This document shows positions 39,760-49,945 of a stretch of 59,947 nucleotides of DNA, in pieces; within the stretch, counting starts at the first letter, position 1; each line of letters opens with the position of its first letter. A program made the translations under genes and the position numbers. The notes under the pieces were generated by a model. That model did not search any database and had not been told where the DNA came from. It was given only the letters and a program-made list of their open reading frames with translations. This DNA is from Longimicrobiales bacterium (GTDB lineage: Bacteria; Gemmatimonadota; Gemmatimonadetes; Longimicrobiales; Gaopeijiaceae), in NCBI GenBank assembly GCA_965197725.1, contig CBDANQ010000021.1, positions 1-59,947 on the forward strand, written 5' to 3'.

Positions 39760-40182
39760 ATGATCAGGCGAACGCTCTACACGGCATTACTAGCACTATG
39801 CGTCGGAGGTTTGGCGGGGGTGCCACTACAGGCACAGACCCAGGAACAGGGCGTTCCAGCCGCCCAAGACGAACGGGCTCCTGACCGAGTCGGCCAGCCG
39901 GTCACGGTGCACGTGAGGAACAACAACTGGTTGGACATGCGGATCTACGTAGAGACTACGACTGTGGGCCGTTGGCCCCTCGGCAACGTCACGGGGCTGA
40001 GCACGGCGCGCTTCAAGATCCCCGGCCACCTGAGGGCTGAGCTGAGTGATGTGACCCTGATCGCGGTGGCCGTCGGTTCCCGCCAGCTGCGGTCAACCGA
40101 TCCTCTTCACACGTGGCCGGGAGCTGTCGTGGACTGGACTATCGGTGCCACGCTGGGCATTTCGTTCGCGACGGTTTCCTAA
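39760..40182 (+). CDS. Exported hypothetical protein
   Basis: GAGGGG RBS, signal peptide (LQAQ), beta-rich domain VHVRNNNWLDMRIYV. Confidence 0.7.
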   Translation: MIRRTLYTALLALCVGGLAGVPLQAQTQEQGVPAAQDERAPDRVGQPVTVHVRNNNWLDMRIYVETTTVGRWPLGNVTGLSTARFKIPGHLRAELSDVTLIAVAVGSRQLRSTDPLHTWPGAVVDWTIGATLGISFATVS

Positions 40183-40682
40183 GGCCCCGCAACTTCGGGG
40201 CGGCCCGTCCCGGGCCGCTCCGGAGTGACATCCGGCCTCATCGGCCGGGAGCTGCTTGTCGCGGTTGATCCCGTTCGTGCATCGTCTTGCGACTCAGATT
40301 CCACGGTTGGAGGTCCTCCATCCAGCACCGGCACGACCAATCTGCCGATCCCAGTGCCAGCGCGCGAGCCCATGCGCCGAGGGCCAGACAAGGCCCAGGC
40401 CAAGCCTCCCCATCTCGCCATCCTCGCGTCCCGATAACCCTGACATCTTCACCACGTCGAGAGACGGAAGTGACTCCTCGACTGGGTCGGGTATGATGGA
40501 TGGCTGATCCGCGTCGTCCTCTTCGTCACCGATTTGCTCGGCGGTGTGTGAAGGCTCGCTGCTGCACCCTGAACCGATTACTGCTGTCGCGGGAGAGCGT
40601 GCGGGTCGCGCGCATCGCTCGGGGTCGGCAGATTGGGCACACGGCAGAATCGCAGATTCGTTCGAGAGGCTGAAGAAACACT

Positions 40683-41456
40683 GTGCCCTCGCGGTTGACA
40701 GAAGTGCCCAATGGACTCTCGGACGTCGGCCCGCCAGGGGGCGAATTTGCTCGATTCCCGATGCGCTTCGTCACCCCAGTGTCCCTCGGTGACGCGTCGG
40801 GCACCGTCGATCCGGTCGCCACGAATAATGGCACGATGACGCTCCTCCAGCTTCCAGGTCGGCGTGTCGGCGTCACCTGCCATCACGTAATCGAAGCGTA
40901 TCGGGAGCAGCGGCTGATGAGCCCGAGCCGTGCGTTCAAAGCAGGTGACCATGAGCTGGACCCCGTGGATCGACTCGTTTCCGAGGACCCGATTCTCGAT
41001 CTCGCGGTCCTCGATCTAGACGATGTAGACCCGGAATGGTTGTCGACCGGGTCCCGTGAGCTCGAGTTCTTCGAGCCGGCCGTGTGGCCCCTCGGAACCG
41101 CCGAACCCGGAGAGCCCATCGCCTTGGGCGGATACCCCAGCTTCTATCGCGCGTTGAGCTCTGACTCCGACTGGGACCTCGGCGTCTTTACTCTCGGGAC
41201 GACGCGCGTGATCGACGTCGGTATCGAGAACATCGTCTGCGGACTTGGCTGGGAGTATTGGATCGAAGGCAGCGGCCCCCACCGGATGGACGAGCACGCG
41301 GATCTGGGCGGGCTGAGCGGTGGGCCAGGGTTCGTATGGCGGGGCTCAGAGTTTCGTTTCGCGGGAGTCATCTTCGCCGTCGCTCAGAACCGAGAGTACC
41401 TCAGGCTGAGACCGGCTCGCTTCATCAGGCAGGATGCGACGCTTTGGCGGGCTTGA
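40683..41456 (+). CDS. Trypsin-like serine protease domain protein
   Basis: TCHHV (His), DLAVL (Asp), GYP, GGLSGGP (Ser); start uncertain (40683 or 40761). Confidence 0.7.
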   Translation: MPSRLTEVPNGLSDVGPPGGEFARFPMRFVTPVSLGDASGTVDPVATNNGTMTLLQLPGRRVGVTCHHVIEAYREQRLMSPSRAFKAGDHELDPVDRLVSEDPILDLAVLDLDDVDPEWLSTGSRELEFFEPAVWPLGTAEPGEPIALGGYPSFYRALSSDSDWDLGVFTLGTTRVIDVGIENIVCGLGWEYWIEGSGPHRMDEHADLGGLSGGPGFVWRGSEFRFAGVIFAVAQNREYLRLRPARFIRQDATLWRA

Positions 41457-41530
41457 GGCCACACTAACGCCTGCGAACTCACCGGTTCACGCTCGGATCG
41501 ACTCCATGTCGGTTCGCCTGGTATCGTGAG

Positions 41531-42244
41531 TCAGTATCCCTGCGCCATCATGACGCCAAAGAGTGTGCCGGCAAGCAGGCCCGCCATCATTTCCAGCCAC
41601 GCATTCGAAGACGGCAGGCGTTGCTTACCGCGATGTAGCAGCGGAACCGCCACTCCGGTCACAATGCCGATTCCAGCGCCTACGATCACATCCGACGGGA
41701 AGTGCTGGCCTGCCTGAACACGCAGCGCCGACGTTGCGCCGGCCAGAGCTCCCCCCAAGAATCCGATGCCGGCCCGCTCGATCCTGCTCGCGCTAGGCCG
41801 TCGCAGCAGGTGTTCTGTGAGGCCTAGCGGCAATGCGACGGCTGCATCAGCCGTCCAATCGCTGGCTCGATCCGCGCTTAGGCTCTGGTGGCCGATGATC
41901 CCGCGGTCGAGGGACCATGCGATCTCGATCGGGTCCAACCCCTCTCGGGGTACGGCACCACCGGCGACCGGCACCAGATAGCGAGCGGCCAGGAGGCCCG
42001 CGCCCACGCTCGAGAGGGTGATTTCGCGTCGCTTTCCCAGATCGGGATAGGGGCGCCCTGGGGAGACGTCGACAGCACCGCCCACCGAATCGACGCGCTG
42101 TGCAACTTGGCAGCGCACACCCGGGGGCATGAAACCGGCCAGTAGCAGCGACGTCACCACGAGGTAAGGGACGCGCCTCGTGCATTGAAGCACGTGAGGC
42201 ACTCGTTTCGTCACCTGGGCGAGGGGCAGGCGCGCCACCCGCAC
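41531..42244 (-). pseudogene. PAP2-family phosphatase with internal deletion
   Basis: C3 motif RVQAGQHFPSDV present; C1 (KxxxxRxRP) and C2 (PSGH) absent. Confidence 0.65.
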
Positions 42245-42955
42245 CTACCTCACGTCCGAGAAAGCGACCGAGTAGCGTCCGGGGGCGTCATGGCGAGCGG
42301 TAGTCGCGATCTGCCCGGCTGCGAGTCGAAACACCGCCGTTTCCCCCACGAACACCTCGATCCGCCGCGCGTCCCGGGGAATCGTGATCCGGAAGTCCGT
42401 TGTGGTCGCCGCCTCGACGACGAGCTGGTCGGCACGCGAGTCGAACGTCACCGGCCCGTTCGCTGCCTCCACCGTCACTTCGGACGCTTCGACGAGGACG
42501 ATGCTGATCGTTCCGGACTGCTGCGGTGGGAGCTCGATCGCCAGCCTTTCGTCGAACGGAACCACGATGCCCGCAACGTCGGGGGATGCCGCCCGGCTCT
42601 CGGGAACCCGGCCGGCTCCGTGACTGAAGACGCCGCTCAAGGCTTCGATCCACCGTGGCACGGGCGAACCGGGGGCTGCGTAGACAGCGCCCGCTGCCCC
42701 GAATGTCAGCAGCACCGCTGCGGCCCAGCGGCCGAAGCCGGCCGGGCGCCGCCGCTCCGCTCGCGCGATGAGGTCGCCAGGGTTCACCGCCGGGACCGGA
42801 TGGTCCAAGTACGCGAGCACTTGGAAGAGTTCGTTTTCTTCGAGCCGGCCTCGGCACGTATCGCACGACTCCAGGTGGTCCTCGGCTGTGATCTGCTCCT
42901 CAAGCCCGAGGCCACCGCTCAGCAGCCTCTCCAGAGTGTCTCGGTCAAGGTGCAT
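42245..42955 (-). CDS. Zinc-finger (zf-HC2) membrane anti-sigma factor
   Basis: HLESCDTC (HxxxCxxC), TM helix, periplasmic domain; overlaps the ECF sigma gene. Confidence 0.85.
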   Translation of the reverse strand: MHLDRDTLERLLSGGLGLEEQITAEDHLESCDTCRGRLEENELFQVLAYLDHPVPAVNPGDLIARAERRRPAGFGRWAAAVLLTFGAAGAVYAAPGSPVPRWIEALSGVFSHGAGRVPESRAASPDVAGIVVPFDERLAIELPPQQSGTISIVLVEASEVTVEAANGPVTFDSRADQLVVEAATTTDFRITIPRDARRIEVFVGETAVFRLAAGQIATTARHDAPGRYSVAFSDVR

Positions 42956-43532
42956 TCGGAGCCTCCTTGTAGGCTGCGCGGAACGCCTCTTTGGCGCGGC
43001 GCAAGAGCGTCCCGACGCTCGTCTGACCCAGCCCGAGAATCGCCGAAATCTCCCGGTAGCTGTGTCCTTCAGCCGCCAGGAGGAGCAGGCTCTTTTCCCG
43101 GTCCTTCAGTCCATCCAGGGCGAGCCGGACGCGTCGCCTGGCCTCTTCGGCCTCGCTCTCTTCGTCGGGAGCCTTGACGGGGTCCGAGTGAGCCCACAGG
43201 CCTCGTTGGGGAGTTAGGAGGCGCGCACGATTCCCGCGCTTCGTCTTGGCATTTCGAAATAGATTCGTTGCCACTGTAAAGAGCCATGCATTCGGGTCGT
43301 CCGGGAGCGACCGCCGCCTGTACAGCCGCACGAACGCATCCTGCGCGAGCTCTGACGCGAGATCGTGGTCCCCAGACAAGCGGTTGAGGTAACGGTATAG
43401 CGGCTCGAAGGACTCGTGGAAGAGCACGACGAACTTGTCCCGTTTGCTCGATTCGGACCGAGCTGGGCCTTCCTCCCCTATTGAGCGGGCTCCGCGCTCA
43501 CCGAATACCGGCGCATGCGACAGTTCGGTCAT
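42945..43532 (-). CDS. ECF RNA polymerase sigma factor
   Basis: AQDAF, AWLFTVATN region 2; SYREISAILG...GTLLRRA region 4. Confidence 0.9.
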   Translation of the reverse strand: MTELSHAPVFGERGARSIGEEGPARSESSKRDKFVVLFHESFEPLYRYLNRLSGDHDLASELAQDAFVRLYRRRSLPDDPNAWLFTVATNLFRNAKTKRGNRARLLTPQRGLWAHSDPVKAPDEESEAEEARRRVRLALDGLKDREKSLLLLAAEGHSYREISAILGLGQTSVGTLLRRAKEAFRAAYKEAPNAP

Positions 43533-43614
43533 GTTATCCACTGAGAAGTCGCTTCCACGGCCCAAGAGCACTTCAGGTAGTGGTCTTGTGACACCTGAGC
43601 CCTGCGGGCGCCGG

Positions 43615-45850
43615 CTAGAACGCCAGCTCGCACCCAATCACGAGCGGGGAAAAGGGCAGCATGTCGATCGGATCAGCTGAGCCAGTGAGCGGGTCGATAA
43701 CGAAGTTCAGCGTGTTGGCACGGTTCAGGATGTTCGCGAGCGTGGCGTGCACCGCGAGCATCGCGTCTCGACCGGCGAATCCGACGTGCCAGTGCTTCCG
43801 GAGCCCGAGGTCGGTTCTCATGTAGGGGCCCGGTCGGCTCTCGCCCAGCGCTTCCCCGTGGGGTGGAGCCCCTGCGAGCTCGCAGCCGCCCTCGGCCAGA
43901 TTGCAAGCCTCCCACTCGATCGCTCCGAGGAGGGCGGTCGCGCTCCGGCCCCAGATACCCGTGGTGGCCAGGCGCAAGGACATTGTCGGCGATACGTGGT
44001 AGACAACGCCCATCTGCGCTCGGTGTGCCGGCGCGTAGGACGGTACGTAGGCGCGCTCTGGCACTCGGTTTCGGACTCGCTGGAACCCGTAGCTGGCGAC
44101 CACCCCGTACCGTGAGCCACTCAGGGCGGCGTCGACAGAGATCCCCTTGACGTCTGCCGACCCCACGTCGAACGCGCCGGACGAGAACAAGGACCCCGTG
44201 CGCGACGCGACGAAAATGACCGACTCGAGGGCCCGCACGTACGCTCGACCTACGATGCCCAGACCTGGTAGTGGACGGTACTCCGCCCGGAGGGTCGCCT
44301 CGTCGGCCCGGGCCGTGGGCACCCCGGCGGCTCCCGCCGAAACGAAGAGGTCGGCCGGGAAAACGGCCCCGAGCACCGTCTCTTCATTTCGCATGGATTG
44401 CACAAACTGATGCCGCCTCGATACGGCGGCCGACAACGTGACCGCTCGACCGAGGCGCGATTGCAACGTGAGCACTGGGGAGACTCTCGTACCGAGCGAC
44501 GAGGCGGTCACGTCGACTTCCCCACGGAGCCGAGCTCCGCTCGCGACTGCGGCCTCGTAGCCGAGAAGAAGCGCTCCGGTCGAGAGCACTCCCACCGATT
44601 CGAAGCGGTCGGACGAACCGCTGTGATATAGAGTCGATCCCCTGGTCAGTCGTGCTCCCACGAGGAAAGCCGACTCATTCGGCCGGCCGGGTGAGCGTCG
44701 CCATGACGCCACGCTCGGATCGGTCATTGCGCACCTCATTCGCATCCCCGCTTTCAGTCAGCAGCGACGCATAGCCCGCGCCCCGGGAGTCCCAAGCTCG
44801 GACGGATACTTGCCAGAACCCAAGGGTCTTGTCCCACGTCGCCCCGAAGGACTGAGTCCGCCACTCGAATCCGTTACGAGTGACTGGGAGTGCATCGAGT
44901 AGGGGTTCTGCGATCGCGCCCGACGTGAGCTCGTTCTCGCTCTCGTATCCAAGGACCTTTAGGCCACCGCCAAGGAGCTGGAACTCGACCTTCGCCAGCA
45001 CGTCTCCCGACTCGCCCCGGATCTTGGCCGGATCGCGCCGAGTGGAGACGCCGCTCGGAAAACCCCTTCGAACGCTGAATACGTAGCCCATGCCGCCTGA
45101 GGAGAGCGGTCCGTCGACCGTTATGCGAGCATGAGTGGTGCTCACGGCCGCGGTCCCACGCGCGACGCTCCCAGCGGCCTTTGTCACGCCGACCACCGTG
45201 CCCGACAGGCTGGGTAGCACGCCGCCGGATGCGCGGGTCAGGTAGACGCTGGTGAGCGCGTCCGGATTCCAAGCGCTGAAGAGGCCCGCTGCATGGAGCG
45301 GCGTGAGAACGGGGATACCATCGATCTCGTACGCCATGTGGCTGGAAGCGCCTCCTCGCACGTGAAGGCCAGCAGGCGACTCCGGCAACACGGCGACGTC
45401 CCCGCCCTCCAATACCCTGAATACGTCCGCTTCGGCGAGCAGCGGATGATTGCGGACGGCCGCGAGACTGATCGCCTCAGCTGGTCCGCCGGTCGGCCGT
45501 AAGTCCTCTACACCGCGGATCGCCAATCGCGGCGCGACGACAAGGCCGTCGAGCTCCACCGGAGCTGGCTGGAGGGCGACGTTCAGCTCGACCTGGCCGG
45601 CACGTGGGACGAGCGCATGGAGCGTACGCGATTCGAAGCCCTGACGCGCGATGGTGACGTGGTGTGGCCCCGGGGATAGCTCGTGAAAATCGAAACGACC
45701 CTCGCGGTCGGTCAGAACCTCCCGGTCGAGATCGGAAAGAGTGACCAACGCGTCCGCCAGCGGATGACCGGTGAGCTCGTCACGGACCGTGCCGCTCACG
45801 CTGGACTGAGCGACCTGAACGACGAGCAGCAGTGCTAGCGGGACGGACAT
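43615..45850 (-). pseudogene. TonB-dependent receptor, frameshifted at ~44685
   Basis: Signal peptide, carboxypeptidase-regulatory domain, plug VRGG..IDGIP, barrel ending in F; two frames. Confidence 0.8.
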
Positions 45851-46112
45851 GAGCGACCCTCGACCCTCGGCAGATCACGAACGAAGGCGCGACCACGCCT
45901 TCGATGAGTGTAGTCCGCCGCCAGACCGAGGGTTCCAGTGAGAGCCGGCGGGAGACCCACCGACCCTGCGCGATCTGTCACAAAACCGTGGACCAGCCTG
46001 CTCCTCAGGGTGGATGCACGAACCCACTGGGCAGCAGGCCTCACGAATGTACTCTACTCGCGGATCCAACGTTGAGCCGAGCGCCCCAATGCCATCGATT
46101 CTTGGAGGTACC

Positions 46113-46595
46113 ATGCGCCATCGATCTCTCACTCGCTCCGCCTTGGTCGCGTGGTTTTCCTTGTCGGCCGGGGGCTGCGGGTTGTTGCTCGTGAGCGGGC
46201 CGCCGGCGGGGCACGAGAGCCTGGAGTATTTCAGTTGTACAGAGTCCAGGGCGCTGCCGATGCTCGACGTGATATGGGGCGGCCTGAGCCTGGCTGGTCT
46301 CGGGATAGTCGTGTCAGACGAAGACGAGTCGGACGAAGACGAGTCAGGTGAAAACGAGCTCGACGATGACGATACGAAGGCGGTCATCGGGATCGCGGTG
46401 GCGTCGGTGGCGCTCTCCAGCTGGGCCGCCTACCGTGGAAAGAAGAAGGTCGACGCGTGCAGGGATGCTAAGCTTCACCTCGCCCAGAGGAGCGGAGAGG
46501 CGGCGGAGCTAGCCCGAGTGAAGATCCAGTCGGATTCGACCAGGAGCGAAGAAAGCCCTCGGACGACGCCCGCGTTCATAGGGGCGCGAAGGTGA
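46113..46595 (+). CDS. Hypothetical membrane/lipoprotein with acidic loop
   Basis: GGAGG RBS, LSAGGC lipobox-like motif, two TMs around DEDESDEDES (15-bp tandem repeat from 46314). Confidence 0.6.
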   Translation: MRHRSLTRSALVAWFSLSAGGCGLLLVSGPPAGHESLEYFSCTESRALPMLDVIWGGLSLAGLGIVVSDEDESDEDESGENELDDDDTKAVIGIAVASVALSSWAAYRGKKKVDACRDAKLHLAQRSGEAAELARVKIQSDSTRSEESPRTTPAFIGARR

Positions 46596-46890
46596 GATCC
46601 CGCCTCACGATGTACCACGCCCGAGCGCGAGTCGCGCTCTTGCTCGCACTTGTGCCGCCGCCCTGCGTCGTCCGCGCTCGCTCCACGCCCAGGCCGCCCT
46701 CTCCATCACCGGGCGAGTCGTCGACGCGATCACCGGCCGCCCGGTCTCGGGTGCGGAGGTCTCCCTCGACGACGGGAGCGCGCGTGTCTCGACCGGCGCG
46801 GGCGGGGAGCCCTTTGAGATCATGTTGTCGCCGGCCGCGTCCCATTTTGGACCCATCACGGGAGTCTGGCGGAGCGGGCCTGGACGCTAG
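46592..46890 (+). pseudogene. Frameshifted fragment of a carboxypeptidase-regulatory-like domain protein
   Basis: Shifted frame reads HAQAALSITGRVVDAITGRPVSGAEVSL. Confidence 0.5.
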
Positions 46891-47302
46891 TCTGCCTTTC
46901 CGAACCAGACACTCGTCTTCGGCTCAAGGCAAGCGAGCCAAGCAGAAGACACGCCGAGGAGGAAGCGGTGCACGGCCAAAAAGGGGCCTGCTGCCGTTCG
47001 CGATAGATGCGTGGGGACGGATTTCGACGCCTCGCACTACCTAACAGGGCTACAGGATGGTTCGTATAAGCTGCTGGATGGGGGGGACGGGGGTCTCCAC
47101 AAGTCGGATATGGGACCCGGACAAGGCGTGCATCGGGAGCGCAATCAGCGCGCCGCGTCCGCTGGCGAGAGAGCGTCGCCACAGTCTGCTTTCAGCCTCA
47201 ACCGTCCCATTCTTCCGCTTTTACACCGTCCAACGGAAGACTCATGGAAGACTTAGCCAGGTTCTGAGAAGCCGAATAGCTCCTAAACGTTGCAGTTACT
47301 GA

Positions 47303-47375
47303 AGCTGGCGAAGGGACTCGAACCCCCAACCTGCTGATTACAAATCAGCTGCTCTACCAGTTGAGCTACGCCAGC
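47303..47375 (-). tRNA. tRNA-Thr(TGT), CCA not encoded
   Basis: GCTGGCG/CGCCAGC acceptor stem, GCTGA-TTTGTAA-TCAGC, GGTTCGAGTCC. Confidence 0.97.
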
Positions 47376-47395
47376 GTGGGCAAGAAAGCTACGGG

Positions 47396-47758
47396 TCAGC
47401 GACCCATCGTCCAGAGCAAGGCACCGATCGCGCCGGCCGCCAGCACGAACGTGGCCCAAAGCCTTCCCGGACCCGCGTCGTACGAGGGGTCGGCGGTTGC
47501 ATCCTCCGGCGTCTTCTCGATGCCTTCAGGCGAAACATCGTAGATCCACGCCAGCACGATCGCGGCCGGAAACCCCAGCACCGCCACACCCAGCACGAGA
47601 CGGAGGGTCCAGGCGGGCGCGCCGAGGCCGGGCAGCCACAATTCTGCGGCCTGGACAACGGCGAACGCCGCGGCCACATAGGCCGCCGCGACTCGAAGTA
47701 CGCGACGGCGCTCGAGCTCCTCCCACGCGCCGACAGGACCCTCGGGGTCTCGTCTCAC
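47396..47758 (-). CDS. Small three-TM membrane protein (stand-alone ELxRRRV domain)
   Basis: ELERRRVLRVAAAY...LGFP..IVLAWIYD..PEGI. Confidence 0.75.
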   Translation of the reverse strand: MRRDPEGPVGAWEELERRRVLRVAAAYVAAAFAVVQAAELWLPGLGAPAWTLRLVLGVAVLGFPAAIVLAWIYDVSPEGIEKTPEDATADPSYDAGPGRLWATFVLAAGAIGALLWTMGR

Positions 47759-49197
47759 GATCTACCTCCCACCACCTTCCAGCGCGTCCCGCCCGGACCG
47801 TCCTCCAGGATGATTCCCTTGCCCGCCAGTTCGTCCCGGATCGCGTCCGAGGTCGCAAAGTCCTTGTTCGCCCTCGCCTCGGCACGCTCCTGGATCCTCC
47901 GCTCGACGTAGGCAGCCAGATCATCGTCGATTACCCGGGAGGCGTGCGCGACTTCGAGTAGCGCGAGCACCGCGTCCATAGAATGGAGCGCGTCGAGCGC
48001 GGCATCACGATCCGAGGCACAAATCGCCCCGTGGTGGTCCAACGCGCCGTTCACCGAGCTGACGAACACGAAGACCACCGCGAGAGCGTCAGCCGAGTTG
48101 AAGTCGTTGTCCATGGCGGCACGGAATGACTCCAGCGCCTGCCTCGCGGCTTCGGGAAGCCCCGACGGATCCGCCGTGGCATCCACCTCGATCCCCTTCA
48201 AGCGGCTCTCGAAGTCGAGCAGGCGCTGCAATGCGGCGCCCGAGGCCTCCAGACCCTGGCGCGTGAAGTTCAGGTCTCCACGGTAGTGCGACGAGATGAG
48301 CAGATGCCGGATCGCCGCGGGGTCGTGACCTTCGTCGAACAGCTCACGCAGCGTGATGAAGTTGCCGAGGGACTTCGACATCTTCTTGCCTTCGACGAAC
48401 AGGTGCTTCACATGCATCCAGTTGCGAACGAAAGGACGCCCGGTCGCAGCCTCGGACTGTGCGATCTCGTTCTCATGATGGGGGAAGACGAGGTCCTCAC
48501 CCCCCAGGTGCATGTCGAGGGTGTCGCCTAGCTCGGTCGTGCTCATCACCGAGCATTCGAGATGCCAACCCGGCCGACCCCGGCCCCATGGCGAGTCCCA
48601 CGCGGCCTCGACCTGCTCGTCCTCGGCCGTCGCGGCCTTCCAGAGCGCGAAGTCGCGGGCATCCTCCTTGTCGTACTGGTCGTGCGCGACGCGTGCGCCC
48701 ACCTTGAGCGTCGAGGTGTCGATGCCCTTCAGCTTCCCATACTCCGCAAAGCTCGCAATCGAGAAGTACACCGCTCCGTCGTCCGCGCGATATGCGTGCC
48801 CACCGTCGACCAAGCGCTGCACGAAGTCGACCATCCTGTCAATGTAGTCCGTCGCCCTGGGATAGCACTCGGCCGGGCGGATGCCGAGAGTCCTCGAGTC
48901 CGCAAGAAAGACCTCGCCAAAGGGTGTCGTCTTCTCGGTGACCGTCATCCCCGACTCGACGGCCGACTCGATGACCTTGTCGTCCACGTCCGTGAGGTTC
49001 ATGACGAAGTGAACGTCGTACCTGCTCCACTCCAGATATCGGTGCACCAGGTCGAAGAAGAGGAATGTTCGGAAATTGCCGATGTGCGCGTGGTCGTAGA
49101 TCGTTGGACCGCAGCCGTACACGCGTACGGTACCGGCCTCGAGCGGCTCGAAGTCCTGGAATGATCGCTTGGCGGTGTCGTGGACTCTAAGAGTCAT
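47755..49197 (-). CDS. cysS: Cysteine--tRNA ligase
   Basis: CGPT..HIGN, DFALWK, GRPGWHLEC, KMSKS, DAIRDEL. Confidence 0.97.
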   Translation of the reverse strand: MTLRVHDTAKRSFQDFEPLEAGTVRVYGCGPTIYDHAHIGNFRTFLFFDLVHRYLEWSRYDVHFVMNLTDVDDKVIESAVESGMTVTEKTTPFGEVFLADSRTLGIRPAECYPRATDYIDRMVDFVQRLVDGGHAYRADDGAVYFSIASFAEYGKLKGIDTSTLKVGARVAHDQYDKEDARDFALWKAATAEDEQVEAAWDSPWGRGRPGWHLECSVMSTTELGDTLDMHLGGEDLVFPHHENEIAQSEAATGRPFVRNWMHVKHLFVEGKKMSKSLGNFITLRELFDEGHDPAAIRHLLISSHYRGDLNFTRQGLEASGAALQRLLDFESRLKGIEVDATADPSGLPEAARQALESFRAAMDNDFNSADALAVVFVFVSSVNGALDHHGAICASDRDAALDALHSMDAVLALLEVAHASRVIDDDLAAYVERRIQERAEARANKDFATSDAIRDELAGKGIILEDGPGGTRWKVVGGRS

Positions 49198-49240
49198 CCG
49201 ACCCCCGTCTTGCACTTCGATTCGCTGTGAGTGTGGCGGA

Positions 49241-49945
49241 TCATGCCTCGCTGGGCTGCCCTTCCGTCAGCTCGGCGAGCAGCGCCGCTAGGGCCGCGAC
49301 CGGATCGTCGGACTGCGTGACCGGCCGCCCGACTACCAGGTAGTCGGCACCCGCCGAAACCGCATCGGCGGGCGTGGCTACCCGCCTCTGATCGCCACGA
49401 TCAGCGCCCGCGGGCCGGATTCCGGGCGTGACGATCAGGAAGTCCTGCTCGACGCGGTTCCGTATCCATGAGGCCTCAACGGCCGACGCGACAACGCCGT
49501 CGAGCTCGCACGCGACAGCCAGATCGGTAAGTCGCCCGACCTCCTCGCGAATCGATCCGATCTCCCTTCCCCAAACGACTTCCAGCTCGGCCGGCGTGAA
49601 AGAGGTGAGTAGGGTTACGCCGAGAATCCTCATGTGGGGTCCCGATGCCCCTGCCGCCGCTTCGAGCATCGCGGGGCCCCCTGCGGTGTGCACCGTCAGA
49701 AGGTCCACGCCCAACTCCGAAGCGGAGCGCACGGCGCCCGCGACCGTATTGGGGATATCGTGTAGCTTGAGGTCGAGAAAGACCCGCTTGCCCAGCGCCG
49801 CTAGCGACTCTACGAAGCTGGGGCCACCACGAGTGTACAGCTCGAGTCCGACCTTGTAGAACGTCGCGGGTTGAGCCAGCTGCTCGACCATCGCGAGCGC
49901 CTCGTCGGCCGACGGGTAGTCCAGCGCCACGATTACTTCTGCCAC
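49241..49945 (-). CDS. pyrF: Orotidine-5'-phosphate decarboxylase (in frame with pyrD in this assembly)
   Basis: VALD, KVGLEL, DLKLHDIPNT, TPGIR, VGRP. Confidence 0.95.
   Translation of the reverse strand: MAEVIVALDYPSADEALAMVEQLAQPATFYKVGLELYTRGGPSFVESLAALGKRVFLDLKLHDIPNTVAGAVRSASELGVDLLTVHTAGGPAMLEAAAGASGPHMRILGVTLLTSFTPAELEVVWGREIGSIREEVGRLTDLAVACELDGVVASAVEASWIRNRVEQDFLIVTPGIRPAGADRGDQRRVATPADAVSAGADYLVVGRPVTQSDDPVAALAALLAELTEGQPSEA

Larger units (their letters stand above)
39321..47344. mobile_element. Genomic island integrated in tRNA-Thr(TGT), no integrase seen
   Basis: Flanking 43-bp direct repeats; GATGCAATC tandem repeat (39472-39491) resembling arm sites. Confidence 0.8.
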
